Assembly (NCBI GenBank): GCA_001687465.1 | Contig: LVLI01000066.1 | Coordinates: 1 to 64,000, forward strand | Origin: Halocafeteria seosinensis | Taxonomy: Eukaryota | Length of the DNA stretch: 64,000 nucleotides | Reading direction: 5' to 3' | Shown: in pieces, positions 1 to 10,763 of the stretch | Layout: each line of letters starts with the position of its first letter | Position numbering within the stretch: position 1 is the first letter of the stretch | Translations under genes and position numbers: made by a program | The notes under the pieces: generated by a model | Database searches by the model: none | Told to the model about the DNA's origin: nothing | Seen by the model: the letters and a program-made list of their open reading frames with translations, nothing else

Positions 1-609
1 CTCTTTGGGTCAGAATCCGGAAACGAAAATACGGAAATGCCTCCGAAGATTTCGCCGAGAATTATGCGGACGAACCCGAGGAGAGGGGTCGACTCTTTTC
101 TAACAGAGGATTTGGCAGTAATTCTGCAAAACATCCGACTCGAGGAGTGGAGGAGTCTAATCCAGGAGTGACCAAAGTAATGCCGACCCCAGAGGAGTTT
201 TGTGATCTCCCAGATCAAGCGCGTTGAAGATCCACATGGCGCCGCGCGTCCTGATACTTATCGAGAAAGGTGTTCTCTTTTGCCACAATCGCTGAACTTG
301 TTGTAGCATCTTTGCGTGATTGTTAACAAGCTGTGGCACACGCAATACACACATGTGACATGTCCCGTACCACGTGGCACCCGTATACCTCAACCTTCTC
401 ACAGTAACCTTCACAACGTGCTTCTCTGCAGGGATCTTCGATTGCGCCTAAGCTGTTCGGTGCAGCGGAGCAACTGCAGAATGCTGCGCAAGTGGTTGCA
501 TTTAGTAATGCCCAATACGGCGTATGATGGGAGGCGTAGCCTCGGCTAACGGGTACTTACTATAGTTGAAGTTGAATACACACACACGGTGACACAGTGT
601 CACACAAAC

Positions 610-1153
610 CAGGGCTGTGGCGCAGCTCGGCCCGCGGGGTATCGGGCGGGCATGGCTTTTCGCTCGGCCCGAAAGGTCCCGGGCGCCGGGCGACGGAACG
701 GGCGCCGAACTTCACAAACAGTTTCTTCCAACTTCACAAAGGTACTTCTAACATGATTTGACGCATTTCATTCCCCATTCTATTGTTAGTAACTTACTCT
801 ATTTCTATCGCTGAAGGATATTGATCCTTCTCTCCGGGTTGTTGTCTATATCATCTTCACTGAGGCAAGTAGGGGCGTTTGCAGAGGGCCCATCGGCGTT
901 CACGAAGTGGAGTCAAGGCGGCCTAGCTAAGCATGGTCGCTTAAATTAAGCCAATTGCAGCTAGCACTACCCAGTCTCCCGTGTTCCTGGTGTGAATGGG
1001 TTCCAACGAAGCCAATGTTTCTGGGAATACAGTTGTGGAATCACATATAGACCCAATACAACTGTAATAGATGGATCCCTCGAGCCTCGGGCGGACCGGA
1101 GCCCGGCCCGAGAGACCTCGGGCGGACGACATAGTCATTGCGCCACAGGCCTG
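610..1153. mobile_element. Candidate non-autonomous DNA transposon (hAT-like MITE)
   Basis: 15-bp terminal inverted repeats CAGGGCTGTGGCGCA (610-624) / TGCGCCACAGGCCTG (1139-1153), 1 mismatch. GC-rich subterminal repeats (GCTCGGCCCG x2 left, CCTCGGGCGGAC x2 right). No target-site duplication seen. Confidence 0.4.
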
Positions 1154-1509
1154 GCTGTGGTACGCCAAATATCAATATTGAGGTTACATACAGTGTATGT
1201 CATATTATACCGGTATTGGTACATAATAGACAGTAGCGTTAATATATCTGATACGTTCTCGTCTATCAATGAGTATCTAGCCTCGCAGCCAACTTTACAA
1301 ACGCCCCTCCTCTACTCAATGTAATGTATCATCCGATGTGTTGAAGAATACAAAGTGAACTTTTGGAAAGAAGTTTTAAAAGTCAAACTGAAAACTTCTC
1401 TTTTTTACTTGTTATTATATCCGTACTCACCAACAATAATACTATTCGATGCCATTGACTCGAAGAGGAATGTATGCATAGACTACTAAGAACGTGGGCA
1501 AAACATCTG

Positions 1510-2720
1510 ATGGCATCATTAGGTCTATCTGCAGCCATGGCTGCAGTACCATCTTCGTGGGGATCTTTTGAACATTGGGGAAGAATATTGGTGCACAGTA
1601 GCTACAGAAACTATTTCTATCCCTAAGAATAATAGTTATAGAACACGAAATCGACGCCGACTAGATGTCTTCGTCCGTGATACTGGAAGACGGAAGATAA
1701 ACAATGATGTAGAAAGATGGATCCACTCACTATCATGGCCAAAGTGTTACCTAGAGCTTTCTCCGAAAGCTTGTCAAGTAACGAATTTCTTTCTGTTTCC
1801 AAAAAGTTTCCGGGCGTATCGAGCTAGTTGACGGTGATAGTTGGCACAAAACTCTGGGACGAGCCTATAGCTTTGCTTCCCGTCGGTGGAGTCATTGGGC
1901 ATGGACCACGTTAAAGACAACCTCACGGATTCTGCCTTTCTCCATCTGCCCAACCTGGTATCTCTTGACTTGAGCTGGCGCAAGGAAACTACAATTACGG
2001 ATTTTACGTTTCGACATACGTCAAAGTTAACGTCACTAAAGATGAATTTAACGATTACATATGCGTCCTTCAACAGGTCACTGTAAATGCTCTGTCGCCA
2101 AGAGCACAAGATACCCGATTTTGCTTTTGTACACTTGTCTAATTTAACATTCTTGGCGATGGACGTTTGCACGTATTCACCGATTACGGATGTGGCGTTT
2201 CAACATTTGTCCAACTTGGTGTCCCTATCTATAACCGACTGCAATCCGTACACGATTACGGATTCTGCATTTGAGTCCTCCGATTAGTCAACAATTACAG
2301 ATTCTGCGTTTAAGCACTTGTCCAATTTGACGTCGCTCGATATGAGTCCATGTAATCAACCAACAATTACGGACTCTGGCTTTCGTCATATACCGAATTT
2401 GGTGTCACTAGAGATCACGAACTCTGCATTTGAACACCTGCCGAGTTTGATGTGACTCGACATGCGTACTGCAATCAACCAACAATTACAGAGTCTGCCT
2501 TTCAACACATACCACATTAAGGAGATTAATTATCATTGGTTGCGATCAACTAACTATTGCTGATTCTGCCATTCGTCCTGGCGTCACAATCATTCCGCAC
2601 TTGCCTTTCGGACAGCTGGATAGATGGTCGTCGTTTCTGGCGAGTCCCTGCACGTCACGTTATGCCATACCGCGCACTTACTGATGCGCCTTCAGCATCT
2701 GTCAGAAATTCGGTCTACCC
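1510..2720 (+). pseudogene. Pseudogene of the 24-aa cysteine-containing LRR family (paralog of 29923-31743)
   Basis: N-terminus (VYLQPWLQYHLRGDL...WIHSLSWPKC) matches the intact paralog. Followed by ITDSAF/LSNL repeats broken by frameshifts and stops (TAA 2084-2086, TGA 2453-2455). End approximate. Confidence 0.85.
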
Positions 2721-3178
2721 AGAATGAAGCTGTTGCAAATGACTTACGATAATGGATTCTCTAGTTTAATTTGGCGTTATTACGTTTTGATCAATCAACC
2801 GTCTTAATGTCTGCCCAGATGCATGCAACAAGTGGTATTCCGCGAGTGGACATTTTACAAACTTGGTAAGATGGCTGGGGAGATAAGTCCAGCATGTAAA
2901 CCGTAACACGGGAATGCAATCAACGAATCCCCAAATGTAGGTAAGTCCACTGTACACGTGTGTATCTAGGGTACGTGCTACGCTAGAGGGCGAGAATAAT
3001 CGCTTTCCGTCTATGTCTGTGTCGAATCCGTAAGTTCTATGTCCCTTTCCTGACGCATAGGCTTATATCGTATCATATGTTATATGTATTCGAGGCTGAA
3101 CCAACAAACCAGTAACAATGTGGCTTGTCAACAGTTATCGCTGTTCAACGGTAGACTCCAGACAGGGCAGTTGCTAGG

Positions 3179-4963
3179 CTACTCGAGTACCCAGCTATAG
3201 ACGTTTTGTGCGTATGTGTGTGCCTCAGCATTGGTTCCGGGCAAAAACAGACGGATGTAATACGACCTGTGATTGGCGGGACTGCGATGCATGATCAAAG
3301 TCCCCGAGAGACTGCGCTGTTTGGAAGTATCCAATGGTTGGGGAAAAAACAAAGCAGTCTGTTTCCAATGTGTCACTGGGGTCTGGCAGGCAGTCGAAAG
3401 AATGTTCGGACCTTCACCGGTATCCTCCTCCAGAGAAGTCCCTCTAGCGGCAGATTGTAAAACCGCGTGAATATTTGTAAGTGTTGTCAGTTCTGTGATC
3501 GTTTCTCGAGCATACGCATCTATAACATTATTCGAAAAGCAGCAGTCGAAAGATAGTACCAGTCCATGCAGAATATCGACAGACTCACAGTTGAGCTCTA
3601 TTCGGCGAGAGACGTCGAGGTCGAGATCTTTGACAGTTCGGACATCGAATGCGAATGCTAGCTGCCGCTCAGTGGAAACACTTGACGGGTCAACCTCCAT
3701 CACGTGAGCTTCTCGTACTGCCTTCTGTTCCATGGTTGGCATCTGGAATCCATATACGTTCTGCCAGCAAGATATCTTGTCATGGTAAAGTTTCGAATCC
3801 GTTATGCCTTCCTGCTAAGTACAATCAGTAACACAGACACAAGAAAAGGGAGAATATTAGTAAACTCTAAGACCAAGGATCATAATAGGTTACCACAAAC
3901 TTACCAAATACACACCACAAACATCAGGCAAAATATAGCCTCCAGCATTCAGCCATCTATCGCGGCAGTACAGAATGGTCGGCAGCATATTTTCGAATAA
4001 CAATCCATACCCCATCCATTCCGATACAATAACATCTACACCTTCCACAGGAAGGTTTACAGTTTCAGCTTTGCTTTTAATGATCGTAATTCTGTCTGTC
4101 ATATTGTTGGCGGCCACGGATTGGCGAGCATCTTCTGCCACCTCTGTTGCCTCGATAGCGTAAACATGTTTCGCTCCCGCTTTGGCACAAAACATGGCAA
4201 GAATCCCTGTTCCCGATCCTACATCTAACACAGTTTTATCGTGTAGAACGGGGCCCAACCTGTCGATAGCTTTCTTGTATGAAAGAGTTCTAGTTTTGTC
4301 CCAGAGCATTTCAGCATGTATGTCAGTATTGCCGTAAGACCCGAAATAGTTGCTGTCCGTGCTGGTATCATCGATTGCTTCCGTCTGGAATTGACCAGGG
4401 TCCACCGAATTCCCAGAAGTTAAGCTGTTCACGTCCGGTTCATTCTTACTCAGTAAGGCTTTCATGTGCTCAGACATCGTCATTTCGGTCCCTTGTTCAT
4501 CTTCCTCCTCCTCCTGTTCACTGTCGATTTCTTCTTGAAAGCGTTGGATCAGGGGATCTCCCGGAATAACCGGGGTCAGAAATTGGTCGTCCTTCCAAAA
4601 TGAAGCCGAAGGCTGAATTTGGGCCACTAATTTCTCCCGGTCCTCTCGAGTTTGACATGATGGTGCATTCTGTCGCAAAAAGTTCACCAAGCGGATAAAG
4701 TCGTACTCGTTGACCTCATGGTTCTCTCGATACGCATGCCAGTCAAACCCACTGTCCGCCTTGCATTGGTCCCAAATTTCAGCTAAACTCTTTGAGTCAC
4801 CGGAAAATACACCTGGAATCACTTCTTCCGACACTTCCGAGTTCCAGTCGCCCCAGGAAGCGCGCTCCTCTTCCTCCTCCTGTAATGTCTGATCCATCCC
4901 AGAGGTCGCCGCTTCGCCTGCAGCTGCGCACGCAGCTGCCGCACCTTCACCACTGGACGCCAT
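3179..4963 (-). CDS. PRMT3: Protein arginine N-methyltransferase 3-like; exons 4963-3905 and 3811-3179
   Basis: Motifs YFGSY..IHAEMLWDKTRT, VLDVGSGTG, DVIVSEWMGY, THWKQT, plus PRMT3-type N-terminal FIRLVNFLR and W.DD.FL.PV..DPL. GTAAGT..CAG intron 3904-3812 restores the frame (..VYL|EGITD..WQNVYGF). Confidence 0.9.
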
Positions 4964-5315
4964 GGATTTATAGTTACTGGAAACTCGATAATGCGGCTAA
5001 CAATCCCTGAGCTTCACAAAATATGCCTCTGACACCGTTAACAGCAGCTGCGGAATCAGGAGGAATTAAACTTATGGGGCCATTCATCTGCGTCAGATAA
5101 TCGAGGGGCACCAAAGTGACGAACGACATATGACGGAACGTAAGGTGGATAAAGTGGTAAGAAATGCGCGAAAATTTAAGGATACCGTGGATTGTTTAGG
5201 GTTCCCTGCTACTCCACTTAAGGGTATCACACTGCTACACTTCCACCCGAATCAGCCATTCTGGTTAAGGCCAGTGTTTTCCGTTTCACTCTGCTACTAC
5301 ATACTTATGGTACTG

Positions 5316-8300
5316 TTACCTCATAGTTAACATTCTCTGTAACTGAGCAATCTGCATCTCTCCAGCATGCACTTGACCCCGGAGGGCTTTCACTTCTTCT
5401 TTAAGATGGTTTACTTGAGTAACTAGCTTTTCCTTGGTTTTCGAGGCAGATTCGGCCTCCGAGCGAGCCTTGGAAGCTTCAGCCTCTTTGTTTTTAAGCG
5501 TACGCCGCAAACTATTCACTACTCGTTGCTTTTCCTGCTCAATGTTTGCTATGATTTTCTTGTCCGTCTCCGTCAGTTCCTCTATCGAGACTTCGCCATT
5601 TCCATCTGCTTCGTCTTCGTCTTCTTGAGGTTGAGAGCTAGTATCACTGGCGGAAGAACCGTTCTTGGCGACTTGGACATTTTCGTAAGCACTCATGGAT
5701 TCTTGCAATGCACGTAACCTTCGCAGGAGTTCAGCGCGTTCTTCACTCCAAGCATTTGAATCAGTTTCATATCGCTCGCGAAGTTGTCGCAGTTCAGATT
5801 CTTTCTCATTACACTGTTTCAACGCGCTTTGTGCCTCGTCTTGCATGGAATCCATTTGCTTCTGCATTTCCCGCGTCTTCTGTTTGTGTTCAGCAGTTTG
5901 CTGTTGCAATTTGCCCTCGAGGCTTGATACTTTGACAGCGTCCGAGTTCTTTCCATCCTTATCTGATTTCTGGCGGTTCTTTACTGCTTTTAGTTCTGAT
6001 TGCAATTTCCTATAATCGTTGTTCAATTCTTGGCGTTCATTTTCCAAGCTACTAACAACTGCTTCATAACTCTCTTTTTCCTCGTTTGCTGCTTTCACCT
6101 GTCGTTGTATTTCCTTTATTTGCCGAGGGATCTCTGTGAAAAAATTAGCTCCTGACAAACGGCTTTCTACTTGGGAAGTATCCTCCGAATTCAGTTTTAG
6201 CAGCTGCTTGCATATATCGCTAACGAAAGAAGAATATTTATCATTGCTATGCTCCAGCTCCTCGTACTTGTGCCTTAGTTCATTTAGCTGTTGAGATTTA
6301 TTGTTGAGTTCATTCTCTGCGACAGTCACCTTACGCCTCAAGGAAGTAGTGTCAGTTTGTGATTGACTTGCTGTCGACAATTCCTTCTCCAGATTTGATA
6401 TCTTGTCATTCTTACTCGAAATAATTTGTCTCAACTCTGCCAACTTGCTCGATACTCGTCTTATTGTCCCATGAGCAGCATCCACACTTTGGCTGACGTT
6501 ACCAATACCATCGTCGATTTCATCCACACCAATATTCAGTTGCTTGTCGAATGTTGAAAGCGAGTTGATCAAAGATTTAAATGCATGAGAAACGATAGAC
6601 GCAGCTTCACTATAAGCTTCTCCAGTGTTTAGGTGGCAGTTTTGCGGCCCTATGTTAATAGCCAGACACTGTCGTTGTCCCAGTGCATTCCACGCACTCT
6701 CCCATACCTGCTTCTTGTACGATAGAGTCGCTTCGCGTTCCACGTTTGAAACAGATTCTTGAATTGCTTTATTTTTTTCCACCTCGAACTCTTGCCGTAG
6801 CCGCTCTTCTAGTTGATGTTCTGCTTGTCTTATCGCCTCTTGGCTGCTGGTGCTCATTTGGCTCTTTGCTTCTGTCGCAGCGTTCTCCTTCTCACGCTTT
6901 ATAGCGTGTGCATGTTGGTTTTCGGCAGCTTCCAACGCCTGTCGTTTCTCTTCTTCTAGCTTTCTCTTAGTCTCGTTAAGCTGGCGATCAATTTCTTCCT
7001 CTTTTTGACGAGTTACTTGCTTCCGGACTTCTTCCTTTTCCTTTTCCAGTTTTTCCTCGAATTCCTTTCGAACTTCGTCCAGAGCATTGTCTCTTTCCTT
7101 TCGCATATTATCTTTCACTTCATTTATTCGACTCTCCATCTCCTCTTCCTTCTGCTTCGTTATCTTTTGTTTCTCTTCCTCGATTTGCTGCTGTAACCGT
7201 GTCAGCTCTTTAGCATATTCGCTCTCAACCTTCTCGCGTGTTTTTTGTTCAATATCCTCAACTAGTTTCTCTCGCTCTTCTTCCTTTGCACCCATTTCAG
7301 CCCGCGTATCCGCTATTGCCTTTTGCTGCGCGTTTTCCAACTTATTTTGCATTTCCTCACGAACCGCGTTTTCGCGTTCTTTTATTTCCTCCTCTTTTTC
7401 CGCCTTGAGTTTGGCCTCAAGCTCGCTCTTTACTTGTGATTCATGATCTAGTATGGCGTTGTACTTTTCGGCTTCATAATATTCGTCCATTTGAAGCTTT
7501 GTTTCTTCCGTAGCATTGTGTATTTCTTCCTTCATTTTCTTTTTCATTTCTTCGCGTGTTTCGGAAACGGCAGCATCTACGGCGTTTTGTTTTTCTTGCT
7601 CAAATTCCTGCTGTAACTCTGCTCTCACACGTTCTTCAGCAGCAGAAACTGCACTCTCTCTCTCTTTACTACACTCTTGGTGGGCATTTTCTCGCACACG
7701 TTCTATTTCGTTACTCATTTCTGTTCGTATTCGCTGCTCAGTCTCCGCAATTATTGACTCTTTTTCTTCCTCAAACTTCCTTGTCAACTCTTTTTCGACA
7801 TCTTCTCTAGTTCTTGCCACCGTTTCATCCTTTTCTTGCTCAAACTCCTTTCTCAGTTCCTCGCGGGTTTCCTGTAATGCCTTTTCTTTGTCCTGCTCCA
7901 TTTCACGTTCCTTCTCTTCAATGGCTTCTTTCTTGCGCAGCTCAAATTTCTCACGGAGTTGCTGTATATTCGATTTTTGCGAGTCTTCTGCAGCAGATGC
8001 ATCTCCCTGTTCTTCTAAGAGTTCTTCACGCAGCCTGGTTTCTGTTTCCTCTTCTACTCGCTTTTTTTCTGCGGCCAGCTTTTGTTCCATCTCTTCGCGA
8101 ACCTGAGCTTCCACTTCTTGTATAGCAATCCGCTTCTCCTGCTCCGCCTCCTTTCGGGCATGTTCGGTTGTTTCAGTCACTATGCGCTGCTTCTCCGATT
8201 CAAATGACTTTTCCATTTCCTTCCTTACTCTATCTTCCGTCTCCTTGATAGCCTTGTCTTTCTCATGTTGCAGCGATTGCCGAAGCTTCTCCATAGCATC

Positions 8301-10535
8301 ATCCTTGTCTTTGCTATACGATGCTTTACACTCGTCTAGTTGTTTCTGCATCTCGTTCTTTAATCTTTCTTCTTGCTCCGTAAGTGCGCTTTCGTTTTCT
8401 TGCTCCATCTTTTGGCGGACTTTCTCTTCGGCGCTATGCATAGCTTCTTGCAACTCTGTCTCATGCTTGCCTTGGAGCTCCTTTGTAGTTTGCTGCCTCA
8501 ATTCCTCCGCTAATTTCTGCTTCTCATTTTCGAACTCTTGGCGCTGGCTCTGTTTTGCTCGTTCCTCAGCCTGCTCGACCGCTTTTTGCTTTTCCTTGTG
8601 GAGACTTTCACGCAGTTCGCTGAGTTCATCATCTTTTTCCTTCCGTAGCGAGCTCTCGTTTTGTTCCAATTGTTGCTGTAGCTCCGCCTCTCTTCTCTCC
8701 ATCTGAGCCTGCTTATCTTGTAATTCCTCTTCTTTTTCTCGGAAGCTAGATGATTTGTCGGCTTCGAGCTCTTCCCTCGTCTTTTCACGCACGTTCGCGG
8801 TCGTTTTCTGAATAAGTTCTTGCTTCTCCTTCTCAAATTGTCCTTTTAACTCCTGGCGTAATTGTTCTAATCTCTCATTCATTTCTTCTTCCTTCTTTCT
8901 GTTGAACTCATCTTCCAATTGCTGACGTTGTCTGGACAGCTCTTGTTCCTTGTCGGACATATACTCATTTACCTGCTCCTCCGCCTTCCTTGTCTCAGCT
9001 TCAAATTTCTCTTTCCATTCTTGTTCTTTGGATTCTAACCGAGATTGCATCTCTTCCAGCCTCTTGTCCTTTTCATCGATATCTTTGGAATGCTGCGCCC
9101 AAACCTCATCCTTCACTCGCTGTTCCGTCTGCTCTATCGCTTGCTGTTTCTCACGCTCCAACATCTCTTGCAGTTCCTTCTTTTCACGTTCCAAATCATC
9201 TACAGTTTTATCTCTGCTAGGATCTGGGTCGGTAGCATTTGTAGCCGTTGGTCCTGAAGACACAGTGGCAGACACCGACTCGTGTTCGGTCTGAGCTGTA
9301 GTCGTCGTCACAGCAGAGCCTCTATTTGCCCGATCACGTTCAAGTGCCCCTTCCAGCTCAGAGCGGAATAAATCGATTAATAAAGGTATTGCTCGGTCTT
9401 TGTCAATACTCACAACGTTCTCAGTGACTGCTGGGTCGATAGGATGAAGGATGTTTCGCAATGATTTCGAAAGATCATCTCGCTGAAGAGCCGGGCGAGA
9501 AGTATCGGCCTTGAAGACTCCCCCTTCTTCTAATTGTTTCTTTTGTTCTTTAAATTGCTGTCTTAAGGTTTTGTATTTTGATAACATATCGGTAAGGCGT
9601 GTTTTCAACTGTTTGTTGTCATCCTCCAATTTGGAGTTCCGCTTTTTTAGCTCATCTACGTCCTGTGACGCTGATGACTCGTTCTGCCTTTTCAGTGCTG
9701 CTATCTCAGAGTTTAATTTCTCGTTTTCGTTCCTAAGGTTCTCATTTTCTTCCTTGACTTCTCTGTAACGTCCCAATAACTCTTCTGTGCGTTCCAAGAG
9801 CGAATCTCGTTCTTTGGCCAACTCTTGAATTTCTTTATCCAAATCGGACGGATCTTTCTGAGGCGGACTACCAGTTGCAGAATCGTACACTTCCTTGTTA
9901 TCGTCATCCTTCTTTGGAGTGTCTCCTCCTAGCACAGTCTGCATATGATATCTCCAACGTCTGCGTAGCATATCGGTGGTGAATTCCTCCACGGCGTCAT
10001 CATCGTATGCGCCCTCTTCATCGACCCGTTCGAATTGTTGCCCAGGGGAAACGGCAGACGTCGGAGACCCTGTTGCACCCTTCGTATCGTCATTATCTCT
10101 TGGAGGAGGAGGTAATGCTGCTGAAATAAAGGACCTTAAAGTACGGCGTTCTCGATCACTTGCCTCCAATTTTTGCTTCTGTGTCTTCATGTGACCCCTC
10201 ATCTTTTTGACCAACCCCTGGAGCTCATTCTGAGACAGCTCCTCCAACTTGCGCTGACCATGGAGAGCATGCGAAGAGGAAGATGAAGCCGATAATGGGG
10301 TTTGACTGGCAGCCGATCCTCCTCCGGTTTTCTCCGGCGTTTTCATTGCTTCCAAATGCGTCTCAGAAGGCGCCCCTGTTCTACCGCCTGTGGAAGAAGA
10401 CTGCCCATGCGAGGAACCTCCTGAATGACCTGTATGGGACCCTGAATCGGCATTATTAGCCTCTGAATCACCCTCGGAGGACAGGTCCTGAAGGAAGCCT
10501 TTGAAGCTGGTTCCCACTTTTCTGAAGCGGTCCAT
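5316..10535 (-). CDS. Large (~1740 aa) E/K/Q-rich coiled-coil protein, golgin-like
   Basis: Uninterrupted ORF with heptad-rich composition. KLEELSQNELQGLVKKM resembles the GCC185/GCC2 N-terminal motif, but no GRIP domain is visible. The ORF ends at AG|GTAACA, so a further 3' exon is possible. Confidence 0.7.
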   Translation of the reverse strand: MDRFRKVGTSFKGFLQDLSSEGDSEANNADSGSHTGHSGGSSHGQSSSTGGRTGAPSETHLEAMKTPEKTGGGSAASQTPLSASSSSSHALHGQRKLEELSQNELQGLVKKMRGHMKTQKQKLEASDRERRTLRSFISAALPPPPRDNDDTKGATGSPTSAVSPGQQFERVDEEGAYDDDAVEEFTTDMLRRRWRYHMQTVLGGDTPKKDDDNKEVYDSATGSPPQKDPSDLDKEIQELAKERDSLLERTEELLGRYREVKEENENLRNENEKLNSEIAALKRQNESSASQDVDELKKRNSKLEDDNKQLKTRLTDMLSKYKTLRQQFKEQKKQLEEGGVFKADTSRPALQRDDLSKSLRNILHPIDPAVTENVVSIDKDRAIPLLIDLFRSELEGALERDRANRGSAVTTTTAQTEHESVSATVSSGPTATNATDPDPSRDKTVDDLEREKKELQEMLEREKQQAIEQTEQRVKDEVWAQHSKDIDEKDKRLEEMQSRLESKEQEWKEKFEAETRKAEEQVNEYMSDKEQELSRQRQQLEDEFNRKKEEEMNERLEQLRQELKGQFEKEKQELIQKTTANVREKTREELEADKSSSFREKEEELQDKQAQMERREAELQQQLEQNESSLRKEKDDELSELRESLHKEKQKAVEQAEERAKQSQRQEFENEKQKLAEELRQQTTKELQGKHETELQEAMHSAEEKVRQKMEQENESALTEQEERLKNEMQKQLDECKASYSKDKDDAMEKLRQSLQHEKDKAIKETEDRVRKEMEKSFESEKQRIVTETTEHARKEAEQEKRIAIQEVEAQVREEMEQKLAAEKKRVEEETETRLREELLEEQGDASAAEDSQKSNIQQLREKFELRKKEAIEEKEREMEQDKEKALQETREELRKEFEQEKDETVARTREDVEKELTRKFEEEKESIIAETEQRIRTEMSNEIERVRENAHQECSKERESAVSAAEERVRAELQQEFEQEKQNAVDAAVSETREEMKKKMKEEIHNATEETKLQMDEYYEAEKYNAILDHESQVKSELEAKLKAEKEEEIKERENAVREEMQNKLENAQQKAIADTRAEMGAKEEEREKLVEDIEQKTREKVESEYAKELTRLQQQIEEEKQKITKQKEEEMESRINEVKDNMRKERDNALDEVRKEFEEKLEKEKEEVRKQVTRQKEEEIDRQLNETKRKLEEEKRQALEAAENQHAHAIKREKENAATEAKSQMSTSSQEAIRQAEHQLEERLRQEFEVEKNKAIQESVSNVEREATLSYKKQVWESAWNALGQRQCLAINIGPQNCHLNTGEAYSEAASIVSHAFKSLINSLSTFDKQLNIGVDEIDDGIGNVSQSVDAAHGTIRRVSSKLAELRQIISSKNDKISNLEKELSTASQSQTDTTSLRRKVTVAENELNNKSQQLNELRHKYEELEHSNDKYSSFVSDICKQLLKLNSEDTSQVESRLSGANFFTEIPRQIKEIQRQVKAANEEKESYEAVVSSLENERQELNNDYRKLQSELKAVKNRQKSDKDGKNSDAVKVSSLEGKLQQQTAEHKQKTREMQKQMDSMQDEAQSALKQCNEKESELRQLRERYETDSNAWSEERAELLRRLRALQESMSAYENVQVAKNGSSASDTSSQPQEDEDEADGNGEVSIEELTETDKKIIANIEQEKQRVVNSLRRTLKNKEAEASKARSEAESASKTKEKLVTQVNHLKEEVKALRGQVHAGEMQIAQLQRMLTMR

Positions 10536-10763
10536 GACGGCACCGTTTTTACCATGAAATATACAAAAGACAGTTTAACGTGCCTATCATATCAATGTTG
10601 ACTGCGCAATGGACTAAAGCGGCGAGAAAGGAACCTCAATAAGTAAACGACAATCATTTCGTCTACGTGGAGCAGTCCTATTCAGCGTTTCCTACAGCCT
10701 CGGTATTGGGTATGAATTTTTTTTTTTGGCGTAAATAGGATATTAGAGACTACGCAAACAGCT

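Noticed and set aside
1..550. Possible gene fragment at the window start
   Set aside because: No frame gives a recognisable product; context is missing.
5434..10194. Many S/F/L-rich plus-strand ORFs, and similar antisense ORFs over dynein, the mucin gene and the NLRs
   Set aside because: Antisense or alternate-frame shadows of low-complexity or long coding regions.
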